DNA of 64,000 nucleotides from Vitrella brassicaformis CCMP3155 (Eukaryota; Protista; Chromerida): NCBI GenBank assembly GCA_001179505.1, contig CDMY01001036.1, forward strand, positions 155,740-219,739, written 5' to 3'. Shown one piece after another: positions 1 through 12,400 of this stretch (positions are counted from its first letter, which is position 1; every line of letters begins with the position of its first letter). The translations under genes were made by a program, and so were the position numbers. The notes beneath the pieces are model-generated. The model made no database searches. It was not told the origin of the DNA and saw only the letters and a program-made list of their open reading frames with translations.

Positions 1-1048
1 GCTCGGTGTCCATCCCGAACTTGCTCCTGGCCAGCCGGACGAAGCGGGCGTCGCTCTTCCACCGCCGCTCCATGCCCAGCAGCACCACACACCGGGGGTT
101 GGCGCGAAAGAAGGCGCTCACGGTCGTCAGCAGCGGCTCGTACAGCCGCGGCCAATACACGAGGTCGCTGCCCAGCAGCACGTCCACGTCGCCGAACGCC
201 GACACGTCGGTGTCGCCCCACTCGCACGCCCTCGCCTCGATGTGCCCGCCTCGGTGCTGTATGAGCGACCGGTTGGCCTCGACAGTGGGCGAAGTGATGG
301 CATCCACCACAGACGCGAGGTCCGTCACGCACACCGATGTGGCGCCGCTGATGGCTGCCGCCACGCCCACAAGACCGCACCCGCAGCCGAGCTCGACAAT
401 CCTCTTGTTCTGGACCAGAGTGCTGCGGACGGGATCTGACGAGATGAAGCGGATCAGGGCGTTGGACGCTCGCGGCCACAGGCGATAGCCGATACCGAGC
501 GCTGGATTGGTCAAGAGCCGCACCCACACGCCGCCCCTCTCTGGCGCAGTGCAAGGTTGATCGTCGCCATCTCGCTGCTCCTCACGGACGAACCGCTGAG
601 GCGAGGTGTTGGATGCTGGTGGGGAGGGAGGGGGCATTCCCGTGTGGCCGTTCGTATGCCCGTTGACCACCGGCCGCCCCCGATGGTCATTCAGATAGCG
701 TGGCCGAGATGCGGGCTGCCTCCAGCCGTCGTCAGCAGAGTCCGGCAGCTGGAGCCTCACGTCGACAACCTCGTAGGCTCCCTCCTTGCCCGGCCATCTC
801 ATGTCCAACTCGGGAACAACAGGCACTGCCGCATCGCGCCTCAGCTCCTGCTCGCTGTCTGACGAATCAGAGAACCAATCATGCCTATCTTGCGGCGCTG
901 TCGGCGCTTCAGGAGCGTCAGAGGGCAGCTCTTGTGTGGCCGCTTGAGGAGGGACGCAGGGGCATGCTGGAAGCCGACTCGGAGGTGACCCGCTGCAGCC
1001 ATCGCTGTCGGAAGAGTCGCACGTCAGCCCGATGGAAGCGAACATCAT
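1..1048 (-). CDS. SAM-dependent protein-lysine methyltransferase, METTL21/FAM86/EFM (Methyltransf_16) family; 3' end runs off the window
   Basis: Manual minus-strand translation, missed by the ORF track because there is no stop in the window: GIGYRLWPRAS, motif I RIVELGCGCGLVG, post-I VTDL, ACEWGD, motif II LLGSDLVYW. Long low-complexity N-terminus. Start is ATG 1048 or in-frame ATG 1144. Confidence 0.85.
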   Translation of the reverse strand, partial: MMFASIGLTCDSSDSDGCSGSPPSRLPACPCVPPQAATQELPSDAPEAPTAPQDRHDWFSDSSDSEQELRRDAAVPVVPELDMRWPGKEGAYEVVDVRLQLPDSADDGWRQPASRPRYLNDHRGRPVVNGHTNGHTGMPPPSPPASNTSPQRFVREEQRDGDDQPCTAPERGGVWVRLLTNPALGIGYRLWPRASNALIRFISSDPVRSTLVQNKRIVELGCGCGLVGVAAAISGATSVCVTDLASVVDAITSPTVEANRSLIQHRGGHIEARACEWGDTDVSAFGDVDVLLGSDLVYWPRLYEPLLTTVSAFFRANPRCVVLLGMERRWKSDARFVRLARSKFGMDTE

Positions 1049-1388
1049 GACACCATCTGAAGCCGATAAATGGCTGCACCTTTCGCCCGTTGCTTGGCGG
1101 ACGCGCCTGCGACTTCTTCTTTCTTCCCCCCCTCCTCGGAACATTGCGAGCTGGAAGGCGATCGGAGGCGGAAGCTCCCCAAATTGCGCCATCGTACCAT
1201 TCTCCAATCGTACGGTTGACAGAGAGCGCATGGGTAGATCAGCGAAAGAAAATGGAGAAAGATCCATGGAATTAAAGGTATGCAGGGCCTGACTTACGGA
1301 TGTGCGTCCGTGTACACACGTACAAGTTCGGTTCTCTGCTCATCCAAGAGACTTCTATACCCTTTGTTTGTAGCGTGCTCCCGGTTCG

Positions 1389-4300
1389 ATGACGAGTTGC
1401 ATTGTTTGGCTCCTCCTAGTCGGCCTGGTCCTGCAGCTGCGGCCGTGGAGCATCTGCAATGCCGCTCACGTCGAATGGGATTCCCACCTGATTCAGCAGC
1501 TTCACAGCAACGACACCCAGCAGCAGCTGAGTGCGCTGAGATCTATCGGCAACGACATTGCCCAGAGCAGCAACCGGAACGCCACTGCTGCTCGGTATGC
1601 CGGAGATGTCCTACGGGCAATTCTTCGTCGGCTGGCGGGAGAGCCCGGGGACAGTTCGGTGCAGCGTCAAGCAGCGACTCTGCTGGAGACACTTATGACA
1701 CATGGAGGCATCCGTCTCATCGACGGAGATGCCGTGCTGCTCGTCGTGCGGCTGCTGGACCACGAAAACCTGAGGGCAGAGCGAATTGCGACATCCATCC
1801 TAGCGGGGCAATGGGACTTGGGGAGGATGGGGCTCAACGTGATGGAGGCCTTGGCGAATTCTGGCGCAGTGGGGAAGCTCTCTCCTCTGCTCAGATCTGC
1901 CGACACAGAAGTCCGCAGCGATGCGGCCGACGCTCTGCGTGTTGTACTGACTGCTGTCAAAAGACTTGGTGGTGAGTGGGTCTCCAAAGACAGGACAGAA
2001 AAGCGGGCCCGCTGTTGGTCGTCTGTGCTGTTTGTCAGACAAGCGGGCCGACACATTACCTGCCAGTCTCGCAAGCTTCGTCGATGCGGGTTTGCTGCCG
2101 AACGCCATGGCAGCTCACCAAAACTGCAGCGTCAAGAAGCCAGATGCAGGGCCCCTGATGCTCGCTTCGTTCACTTGTGTCCTGCTCGTGTACACCGAAG
2201 ACGTCGACAACGGCTATGTATGAGAATGGGGAGGGCGCTCTCAGCCATCAGTCTGTCTGTCTGTCTGTCTCCTTGTTTGTATGCATTGATTGTGCGTGCG
2301 TCAGTATGCCCACACTGTCGAACATGGATGTGTGGAGCTGAATTGTGAGGCTGTGGAGCACTCTCAGGGTGCACGACGCGGCACGGTCCTGATGAGTGCA
2401 CTGATGTACTTTACGTGGATCCTTAGGTGAACAGGGAGATAACAATCTGCTTCGAACGAATGGCTTTGGTCCGTCTGTTTGTGTGTGTGGGCTTGGTGTA
2501 ATGGCCGGTCAGAAGGAGTAGCCCTGCCTTGAGCAGGCGGGCCGCCAATATCCTCATGGCCAACGTGCGTATGAGGGTGCACAAACGCTCACCGACACAT
2601 CATTGCTGTCCACTTTCTCTTGTTTCTGGCTGCAGGCCGGCTGTTTGGACGCCATCCGGCGGCTCAGAAAGCCGCCGCTCAACCGGGGTGATGACACTCA
2701 TCGCATCACCGCAGCAGCTAAGAGCATCGTGGCGGATTTGTCACTGCATGTACAAATGCCCCTCCAAACTCCGCTGGATGATATTGCATGCATGAATGAA
2801 TGCGGTGGCGAGTCTGTTGCCTTGTGTCCATCCATCAGGCCCGCGGCGTCTATAGTCTCCCCACGATCAACGACCTACGGAAGCTACAGGCCTACGGAAG
2901 CTACAGGATGCCTAGACGCCGTGAATTGGTACTGGGCGAGAACAGACGGTCACGGCAAGCAATTCCTTGGTGTCGTTGGTGTCTAATCCAGTTGTCGTCT
3001 CCCTGGGTGCCGCGCGTCGGTCTCTGTTTTGCCATCCTGCTGGGCCTCTTCGTGCTGTGGCAGCTGTTCCTCCAGCCATGGCGGCGGCGATGTGAGCGGC
3101 GGCTCGCAGAGCAGCATGGGAGAGACCTGCTGGCAGCAGAGGAGGCGGAGAAGAAGAGAGGGCGCAAGAAGGCAAGACAGCCCACTTCCTCCGCCCGCCG
3201 ACGGACTGTCGTTTCTCAGCCATCCTCTCCTGCTGCTGGTGGTCGTGATGGTGGCGGTGATGCTGATGACGACGACGACGACAACGACAAAAGGCCTCTG
3301 TCGACTGCCTGTCAGACACCCCGTGAGCCGCTGTCAGATCGATCGAGCGGCATGACTGATAATCAGGACGATCGGCGAGAGGGGACGATGAATGCTGATG
3401 ACGGCCAGTGGACAGCAGCAGCCCGCAGTCGGTCCAAGAAGGCCCGGAAGGGCGGTGCCCTCGGGCGCGGTCTATCGGCCGGCCAGACGCCGTGCGAGGC
3501 TCCATCAGTGGTGGCGACTACATGGAAGAGGTCCGCGGGCCGAGGACTGGTGCTGCCGCCGTCTGCATCGCCCCCTCCGCCCCGCTCGATGCAGCCCCTC
3601 ACCTCCACAGCACAGCAGTATACCCATATCAGCACAAAGCAGCGGTAAGCGAGACACAGACGGGAGGGCGCGAGGGGACATCATGAGCCGTTGTGTGACC
3701 TTTCATGTAGTGATGTGTGGTCCTCGTCGGCGAGACCGCACAGAGGCCCTCCACCACTCGTCAAGTGTACCAAGTGAGGCTGCAGTGCAGTGGACAGGCG
3801 GCTCATCCATACCATTGGCAAATGTGGTATCCTCTCCTCGCCCCTCAGGTCTGTTTCACTCGGTGGCTGCCACGTGAGCGCCCACCGTGTTTCGGCGACA
3901 GGTGAGGCATCGAGGCGACACCAATGAGATCACAAAAAGGTCCGTGACATTGTGTGTCTCTGGCGGTCATGTCAGTTCACCTCCTGCATGCCCGCCGTCC
4001 AGCAGCTACGACGGAGCAGGGCGTCACCGGCAGCATCTGCACCACACCGTCAGACAGCAGAGTACGCAGGAAGCCAACACCCGTCAGACCCACAGAATCC
4101 GCCGGATCATCATGCTTCGTGTGCTATCTCATTCTGTCCATTCAGGTTCGGTCCGTCTGCTAACAACCAGCGCGAGAAGCATGACCCGGCTCGCCCCTCA
4201 CCCTCACTCTCACCTCTGGCCGCCAACGCCAGCGCTGCCAGCAGCAGCAGTGTGGCCGTGGACTGTCTCATCTGTTTCGGCGAGCACGGCCCTGCGTCCG

Positions 4301-4572
4301 TGATGTACATCCCCTGCAGACACATGCACATCTGCACCAAGTGCTACGCCGACCGCAGGACCGCATGGCAGCAGAGCCTCCCCCGCATCAGGGCGGCGAA
4401 TGCGAGGCGCGCCGAGGAGAACAAGGAGCGCATCAAGGAGGCCAGGGAGCCGCTGCCGATGCGGCCCGAGGAGTACCTGTGTGAGCAGTGCAAGACAGAG
4501 GTGGTGTTTGCGGGGTCGGTGGATGAGGTGGCCCGCTGGGCCGCCACCCCGTTTGTGGGACAGCCTGGCTGA
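1389..4572 (+). CDS. Multi-exon signal peptide + ARM/HEAT repeats + single TM + low-complexity tail + C3HC4 RING (putative membrane E3 ligase)
   Basis: Signal-like MTSCIVWLLLVGLVLQL; ARM-like helices (QQQLSALRSIGN, LANSGAVGKLSPLLRSADTEVRSDAADALRVV, AGCLDAIRRL); TM VGLCFAILLGLFVLWQLF followed by basic RRR..KKRGRKK; last exon CLIC..PCRHMHICTKC..CEQC. In-phase GT-AG joins at 1972/2038, 2218/2637 and ~2752/2839; joins at 3.65-4.15 kb unresolved. Confidence 0.65.
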
Positions 4573-5044
4573 TGCATACATACGTAGCAGAGAGGGATTG
4601 ATGTGATGGCTGGGGAGACGTAGGTGTGCATACTGGCTCTTAGTGTACAGCAAGTGGGGGCATGGGTATTGATGTGTGCCGGACGGACGATGGGAGGGCG
4701 GAGAGACGTCGCAAAGCCTCGTTCAGTGTTCATGACGCCTCCCTCGTGTGTCTTTGTCCAATACTCACTCGAACACACACAAATAAGTACGCCTCCCTCC
4801 CTCCCTCCCTTGCCGAATCATATATAACACCAGGCAGGCGTCCATCCATCCATCCACAAAACGAGTTACGCAAAGTCGTGATGGTGCACATGTTATGCAT
4901 CCACACACACAAAACCACACCCTCCCTACACAGTGAGTGGCTAATTAATTAAGCCCACCTCCTCCCCTATCTGTCGGCTACCCTGCTACGCTACATGAAT
5001 GCTACGCTGCTACGTTGCCCTCTCGGCCCCCTCGGCCATGTCAC

Positions 5045-5997
5045 TCACGGTGTGATGCTGACGGATGCCGTCGTCGATATGGGTGACGTGTCCGCGGCCG
5101 GCGACAGGGACGGCCACTCGCTCATGCTGGTGGCCAGCTCAAAGGGCGACCTGAATAGACAGACACGCACATGACATGTACGGCCACCTTGCCATTCCCT
5201 CCCTCCCTGCTGTCGACTTACTGGTATTGGTTCTGCTTCATGGCGCTGCTCTCGTGCTCCCAACCCTCGTTGGGCATCTCGGGTGTGGTTTCCGGTTTCT
5301 GGAACATGTTCCACACCTCCTCCAGCTCGCTGAACGACTCGCCAACGGGCGGCGGGGGGAATGCGGGTGGTGGAGGGACGGAGGCCGGGGGGAAGGAGGG
5401 TGGGGGGAAGGAGGGTGGGGGGAAGGGCGGTGGACACAGCGATGGGTCTGCCGCTGCCACAACAGGGGCAGCCGCCACCACCGCCGCACGGCTGATGTTG
5501 TCGCCCTTCGGCTGCTTGCGACGTCTGGCTGCCGCAACCGCCGCAGGTTGGCCGATCGGCTGGACAAGTGCAGACGGGCCAGCACCACCAGCCTTCGTCG
5601 TGCCCTCTTGCTGCTGACAGGCCGACGCAGCAGCACCATCAGTGGAGGAGCTGGCTGCAGTGGGACTCTTGCCATCGCCGCCGTGGTGAGTCTTCTTGTG
5701 TCGTCCGCGTGACACGACCGTCCACTCGCCGGGGTCATCCTCGATCTCAGCTCCTGTCTGGTTGATGATGGCCTGTGTGGCCGTGTCGGGCTGCTTCTTC
5801 ATCTTCCTGCCCTTCTTCTTTTTGCCGCTGCTGCTGTTGTTATTGCTGGTGGTGTTGTTGGTCTCTGTCCGCTCGACTGGCTGACGCGTGTCCTTGTTGT
5901 CAGCAAGCTGCTGGGACGTCTTGCAGAGACGGCGGAGGAGGGCAAGCAAGGCGACGATGGCGAAACAGGCGCAGGAGAGCCCCACAACCACCGTCAT
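5045..5997 (-). CDS. Small N-terminally anchored membrane protein with Lys-rich and Pro-rich (SFPPP repeat) tail
   Basis: ORF 5218-6072: hydrophobic VVVGLSCACFAIVALLALL then RRLCK, GKKKKGRKMKK and a 15-nt tandem repeat encoding PPPSF. Probable last exon 5045-5150. Confidence 0.5.
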
Positions 5998-6450
5998 TGT
6001 TTTCTGCGGAATCAGATCAGGGGGAAGGATGAGTGTATTGTGTGTGCATGGGTGTGTCTGCTGTCCTTGCACGGCTTACTGGGTACGTGTTTGGACCGTC
6101 GCTGAGGATCTTTGGCATTCGGTGCAAAAATAGCAAGATGCACGTCACATGCATAGGATGGATCTTCGAAGATCCTGGCGGTGTGCACTGATGACTGCAC
6201 TCTCGTACCTGCAGACTGTCCTCCTCCTCCTTCTTTCCTTGTCCACGTCACACATGCGAGCTCTCTCACCCCCTAGGGTGCTCCCTGAAACCGCTGCTTC
6301 TTGAAGCCGAGTGAATTAGATCTACGGGATCTGCTGCACGATGTGAGCCAAAGCCTGAATACAGGTATGGCCTACAGAGCCGTACGTACAGATCGTCAGA
6401 CCATCTCTGCGTGCCACTCGGGTTGTTGACGTGTTGCTGCTGCGGCAGAC

Positions 6451-9400
6451 ATGGGCATTCGCGGCTTGTCGAAGGCGGTGCTGGCGAAAGCTGGTGTGTA
6501 CGACGAGGTGGACCTGGTGGAGGAGGCCAAGAGGCGGCCACACGGCATCCTGCTGCTCGTCGACTTTTACGCACTCGTCAGCTTCATTCGTGAGACCGAC
6601 CGGCACACTCACACAGCATACACACGGGCATGCACTCGCTTTATGGCTCTTGAGTTGATCCTTCTGTGTGCCCTGCCCTGCCCTGCTCGGTTAGATGAGC
6701 GCGTGGCGTCGCGCCAGTCGTCAGCCCACTCGCCCATGTCGCACCCGGCATACGCAGAGGCCGCCCTGGCCACATCCCGCTTGGTCTCCCAGCTGCTGGC
6801 CAGCCGCATCTATGTCGAATGCGTTGCCGACGGTGCCAAGGGCAGCGACCTTGACACCTTGGTGCACAAGGAGGGCGAGTGGCGCGAGAGGTTCGCCGCG
6901 CAGCACCAGGTGCTGAGCCGCCTGAGGAGGGCGCATGCTGACGGGACGGACGAGAGGGACGACAGCAGCGGGCAGGAGGATGATAACAATTGTGGCGCTG
7001 ATGGTGGCGGTGGTGGTGACAAGATCATCGACTGGCTGGCTCGTCTGGGGCTGAAGCCGCCGCCCACCACCACCACCACCAGCAGCAGAATAATGGAGAA
7101 TGGTCACGGCTTCCCTCAGCCATTCAGGCAGCCGTCGCCCGCCCCCCCTCGCTCTCACAGATCGTCAAAGTGGTCGGGTCTTCCGCTGCCGTGTCTGTTC
7201 TCCACGCAAGTGGAGGAGACCCTCAGGCAAGGAGAGGAGTCTATACTATAGTTACAGGCCTTCACTGACTGACGGACTCATTGGTCCCCAGCACACATAC
7301 GGTATATCCACTCCACGTGTGTGTCCAGGCGGCTGGGCATACCGATCTTCGTGGTGCCTGGGGAGGCGGACAGGTCAGCACACAACATAACATCCCAAAA
7401 CCTCCCACGGATGTGATGAGTGACGGTACTCTCCGTCTGCCCGTGTGTAGGTACCTGGGTGAGCGTCTGCGTGTTGAGCGCCAGCCGTTGGTGGACTACC
7501 ACATCAGCCCCAGCGAGAGCAAGTCTGCCAAGGGGCGGCCCTTCACCTACGGCATTCTGGGCAACGACAGCGACTTCCTTGCGATGCGCGGCGGGGTCCT
7601 CCTGCCTTTTGACGAATTCGATGTCCGAGGGAACCTCCAAATCAACAAACAGGTACCTTCATGGCTGGGTGCAAGGGCAAATTTGATGTGCACGTGAGCT
7701 GCGTGTCAGGTTGGCCTTGGTTCTTCCGCCCATCGTTTGTCGCCTCTGAAGCGGCTGGTGGTTCACGTGTACCGCTCTGAGAGGGTGGCCCAGTACTTCC
7801 ACCTGCAGCCAAGCGACCTCCCAGAACTCGCAATCATGCTCGGAAACGACTTCACCAAGTGACAACAGACCCACGCACAGACACAGCACTGTCCATCCAA
7901 TGGCATATGGACACACACATCATGTGTGTGCAGGTCGTTTGTCGACTCCCACAAGCGTCGGGACGTCCCCTTTGCCGACGGCTCGCCCCACAAGATCGCC
8001 ACCTTCCTCTCATCCATCCCGCGCGATGCGGACAGGCGTTGTCTCATCGAGGGTCACCCCGTCATCGAGCGGCTCCTCCACAACGACCCGCCCTTCCACG
8101 ACGCTGTCCTCTACTCGAGGTACTTCTACGGCTGGGGGGACATCCCGCCCGTCATGAGCGGCCGCCAACGCCAGCGTCCGAGAGAGGAGACCGAGACCAA
8201 GGGCAGGAAGAGCAAGAGAAAGGCAGGGAGGAGATCGGCAAGGAGGGCGCGGAGAGAAGCGGAGAGAGGAAAGGAGAACGGTCCTGTCACCGTGCCGTCA
8301 TCTCCCGCTGCCACAACGAGCCCAGCCAGCCGCCCGCTCGACCGTTGTCGCGAGCTGCTGCTGGTGCGGCGATCGCAGCTGCTCCGCGCTCTCGACTCCC
8401 CATCCCTGCTGACGGCTGTGTCGCTCGTCCGTCTGCCCTCCACCGCCCCCTTGCACCTGCGGGCGCTGTCGTCTGCACTGCGTGCGTCGAGTGAGTATGC
8501 GCGGCGTCGTGGCGGGGCGCGTTGTGTGGGCAGCGGACAGGAGGACGACGAGAGGGATGAGTTCAGCTGGGTGGGGCGGAAGGCGCATGAGGAGAAACTC
8601 GGGATCTACCTCGAATGGTGGGGGNNNNNNNNNNNNNNNNNNNNNNNNNNNNNNNNNNNNNNNNNNNNNNNNNNNNNNNNNNNNNNNNNNNNNNNNNNNN
8701 NNNNNNNNNNNNNNNNNNNNNNNNNNNNNNNNNNNNNNNNNNNNNNNNNNNNNNNNNNNNNNNNNNNNNNNNNNNNNNNNNNNNNNNNNNNNNNNNNNNN
8801 NNNNNNNNNNNNNNNNNNNNNNNNNNNNNNNNNNNNNNNNNNNNNNNNNNNNNNNNNNNNNNNNNNNNNNNNNNNNNNNNNNNNNNNNNNNNNNNNNNNN
8901 NNNNNNNNNNNNNNNNNNNNNNNNCATGTCACGGACGAATGGACAGACAGATCTCTGCTGTCGGCGTGTGCGTGCATCGACATCGATGCTGTCTGTGGTG
9001 TGTGTTGCGTCGCGTGTGTGTCAGGTTGAGTGTGCACGGTCGCATTCCGTCGTTTGCCGTTGCAGTGCACGAGTCGTGTGTGTTTTGGAAGTCGCCCACT
9101 CCGGCCGCTGACGGCGTCGCTGTCGAGGACATGCTCAAACGTGGGCCGGCTCACCAGAGGCAGGCAGGCAGCAGTTGGCTCTCTGTCCATGTGCGTGTCT
9201 GCTGTCAGCGCTTCGTCGGTTGTGGTATGCCCTCCTTTCGCCTCGCAAGGGCTATGTCATCGAGATGGGGGCCGCGGGAGACACGCCATTCGCCAAGACC
9301 AAGGTATGTTCGTTCGTATGCACTTGAGCTCACAGCCGAATTGAATTGGCGGACGGGACCACATCACATGCATTGGATTGGTATCTATGTGTGTGTGCAG

Positions 9401-12400
9401 GTGAGGATGTGTGGTCGTCCGTGTTCGGCTTCGTCTCCCCCCGAGCCGCGGCCCACCTGTCTGTATGACCTCCACAGCGCCGACAGCAACTGCGACAGGC
9501 TCGAAATGTTCCACAGGTAGGGGATGTCTGTAGGTGGTGGGCGGAGCACCGCACCCATCCACACGTAAGCCGGGCTGTGTGTTAAATATCAGGGTGGTGG
9601 ATTGCCTGCTGAATGAGTTCCGCTACCTCGAGTGCCGCATCGCCGCGCGAGGCCTCAAGACGGCCCCCGAGGAGACGCTCGGTGAGCCCACATCCCCGTC
9701 CTCACGCCAGTCGTCCCTCTCACTCACATGGCTGGCCAACAAACGACACAAACAACAAGACACCAGCACGCCCTCATCTGCTGCTGCTGCTGCTGCTGCC
9801 AACGGTGACGGTGTGTTGCGCTACCCCGAGAGGCAGGGGCGGCTGGACCTCTCGCCATTCGATGAGGACTTCGACAGCATCGACGGCGACGCGCTGCTGC
9901 GGTGGATCGGCAACTTCATCCCCATCATGGAGCCACCGGGCGGCGTGGCAGAAGACGGCGAACAAGAGGACGGTGAAGCACTGGCGAGCTCCGACTCATC
10001 GTCCAGCAGCGGCAGCTCGGATGACGAGAGAGGGCAGTCGTCCCCGCACCCTTCGCGGCTCAACGAGCACGACGGCACGCTCCCCGAGCACCTGGAGGAC
10101 ACTTATTGCCGCGTGGGGTACACGCGTGGCCAGCTGTCGTTCTACGACTATGCGTTGCGGCTGTTCCTGCAGCTGAACCTGACCCCCCATGTGCAGGGGA
10201 AGGAGCAGCCGAGGGCGGTTGAAAGGAGGGCGGCGGGGCAGATGCTGCTGTCGGTGCTGAGGGGGGACAGCGACGGCATGAGCGACGGGGGCGCGGGGGG
10301 GTCTGTCGGGGGGCCGATACAGATGCACGGTGCGTGGATGGGTGACTGAGGCGGATCGATGCATCAACCATCCCTTTCTGTGCGTGTTGTGTTGTGTTGT
10401 GTTGTCAGAGTTCGATTCGCTGTTGTTGACAGTGTTGGTGTCGCTGCGGATGGAGATGTTCGAACGCGAGCTCGAGGACCCTGCCGGCGACGCAGAAGAC
10501 GTGTACAACGGTATACACACACCACACCACACCACACCACACCAGACCAGACACACACTTAGCTGCCATGCCACCTGGATGGTATGTATTTCTGTGCATG
10601 GGATGCGCTTCAGCTCAGTGGGACTCGCGCCTCAGGACCCAGCGGGACCTCTGCCATTCCTCATCCCTCCCACTCGCACTCTCCCTCCTCTCGGCATCTC
10701 ACCAGCACCAGCACCAGACCAGCACTGCAGCAGCATCCGCATCATCGTCGTCATCACGGCCATCAGCAGCGTCCGACAGCCTGTCTTTGGGGTCTGAGGC
10801 GCGTGACGTCGAGGAGAGCTCTGTCGAGTGGACCAATGCGGCGGTGCAGCGGTGCGACCTCGCCACCCTGCCCTACCTGATGGTCTTCTGCCCCGATGGG
10901 GGCGAGGTGGTGGGTGGGAAGAAGAAATGGACGCGGCAGGAGCTCAAGGCGTTCAGGGACAAGAACAAGGCCGACCTGCGGCCCGACTTCCCCGCCCCCC
11001 CATTCAGGCCAGGGTATAGGTCGGTCGTCATCGCATCGTGGTTTCAGGTACCTGTGTGGTGTGTCCGGAGGACGCCCGTAGAATGTGTGTGGGAATATGT
11101 GTTGTGTGTTGTGTGTTGTGTTGTGTTGTGTGGTGTGGTGCAGGTGTGTGTGCGTTACGTGCATTGTACAGCGAGTTTATGCGGTTTATTTGAGCCCGAG
11201 CACGAGTTATCGCAGCGGATGTACCCCACCAGACGACTGGAGGAGGGGCAACAAACGTACGCGCGCACGTCAGCCAGCCAGCCAGCCATGGATGGATGGA
11301 TGGATGGATGCACCCATAGGGCCACAGCTGTCTGTATGCGACTGCTCGTTGTGCCTTGTTGCAGGTGTCGGTTTGCCCCTGAGCCAAGACAGGTCAGACT
11401 CGACCTACACACAAATGCGTACGGTGTGTATGGATGTCGACGTGTACCGCAGATGTTTGATGGCTCCATCTTCACTCTGTTCTTCACTGCCGGCGCACTC
11501 GAGGCCCACCGGCGGGGCGCCTTGCCCCCAGTGGCCGAGAGCCTGCCGGCCGGCATGACGCCGCACGACGAGAGCAGCCTGCAGCACTGGATCAAAATCA
11601 GGCGCAACTTCCTCAACATGCCAGAGGTACGTAGACCCGTCAACATACACACACCAGCGCCTGTGTCCGGTCCCATCTCGTCCCTCTTCCTGCGTGTGTC
11701 TTGTGTCTATCAGGTGCAGTCATTGCGTCGTCGGCTGCTGCGTGGCTTCCCCCCCGCCCTGTTTGGCGCCGCCGACCAAGAGGCCGTCAACACCATCATA
11801 CACGCACACCAGCATCCGGACCAAGACACATGGTCGGCGGCAGCAGCCGGCGACGACGGCACTGACGACGATGCAGATGACAGGAGGGTCGTGAGTGGGT
11901 ACGAGCAGGCTTTGGGCAGCTGGCAGGCGTATCAGCAGAAGAAGGAGCTCGAGGAGGGCAGCAGCCCAAGACACCACCTCAACGACACCGCACACAGACG
12001 CAAGAACGAGCACATCAAGGAGGGAGTGCCGTCAACGTCGTCGCGAGACGAGGGGGAGCAGGACATTATCGACACGCCAAACAGCAACGGCCGACAAGAG
12101 GAGTCCCCCAGTGTCTTCACATCTCTGGCCAGCCCCTCCCCGCCCCGGCCCCCAGTGGCCTCGTCCGTGCAGAGCAGCGCCACTGTGATCCGTTTGACGT
12201 CCGACAACAACAATATGATTGGCAATTCGGTGTCGTCCCTGCGCGAGAGCCCTGCCATGGCCCGCGGCGGCCGTGTCAATGTCGATGAGGCGGGAGGTGG
12301 TGATGACGAGGATAGGGACTGTCACGTGTTGTGTGTGCATGGGTTCGACCGGGAGTGGGTGACGGGGCCAATGATGCCCTCCGCCATCAAAGACGCCATC

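Noticed and set aside
6-488. 160-aa plus-strand ORF
   Set aside because: Antisense shadow of the methyltransferase; all motifs are on the minus strand
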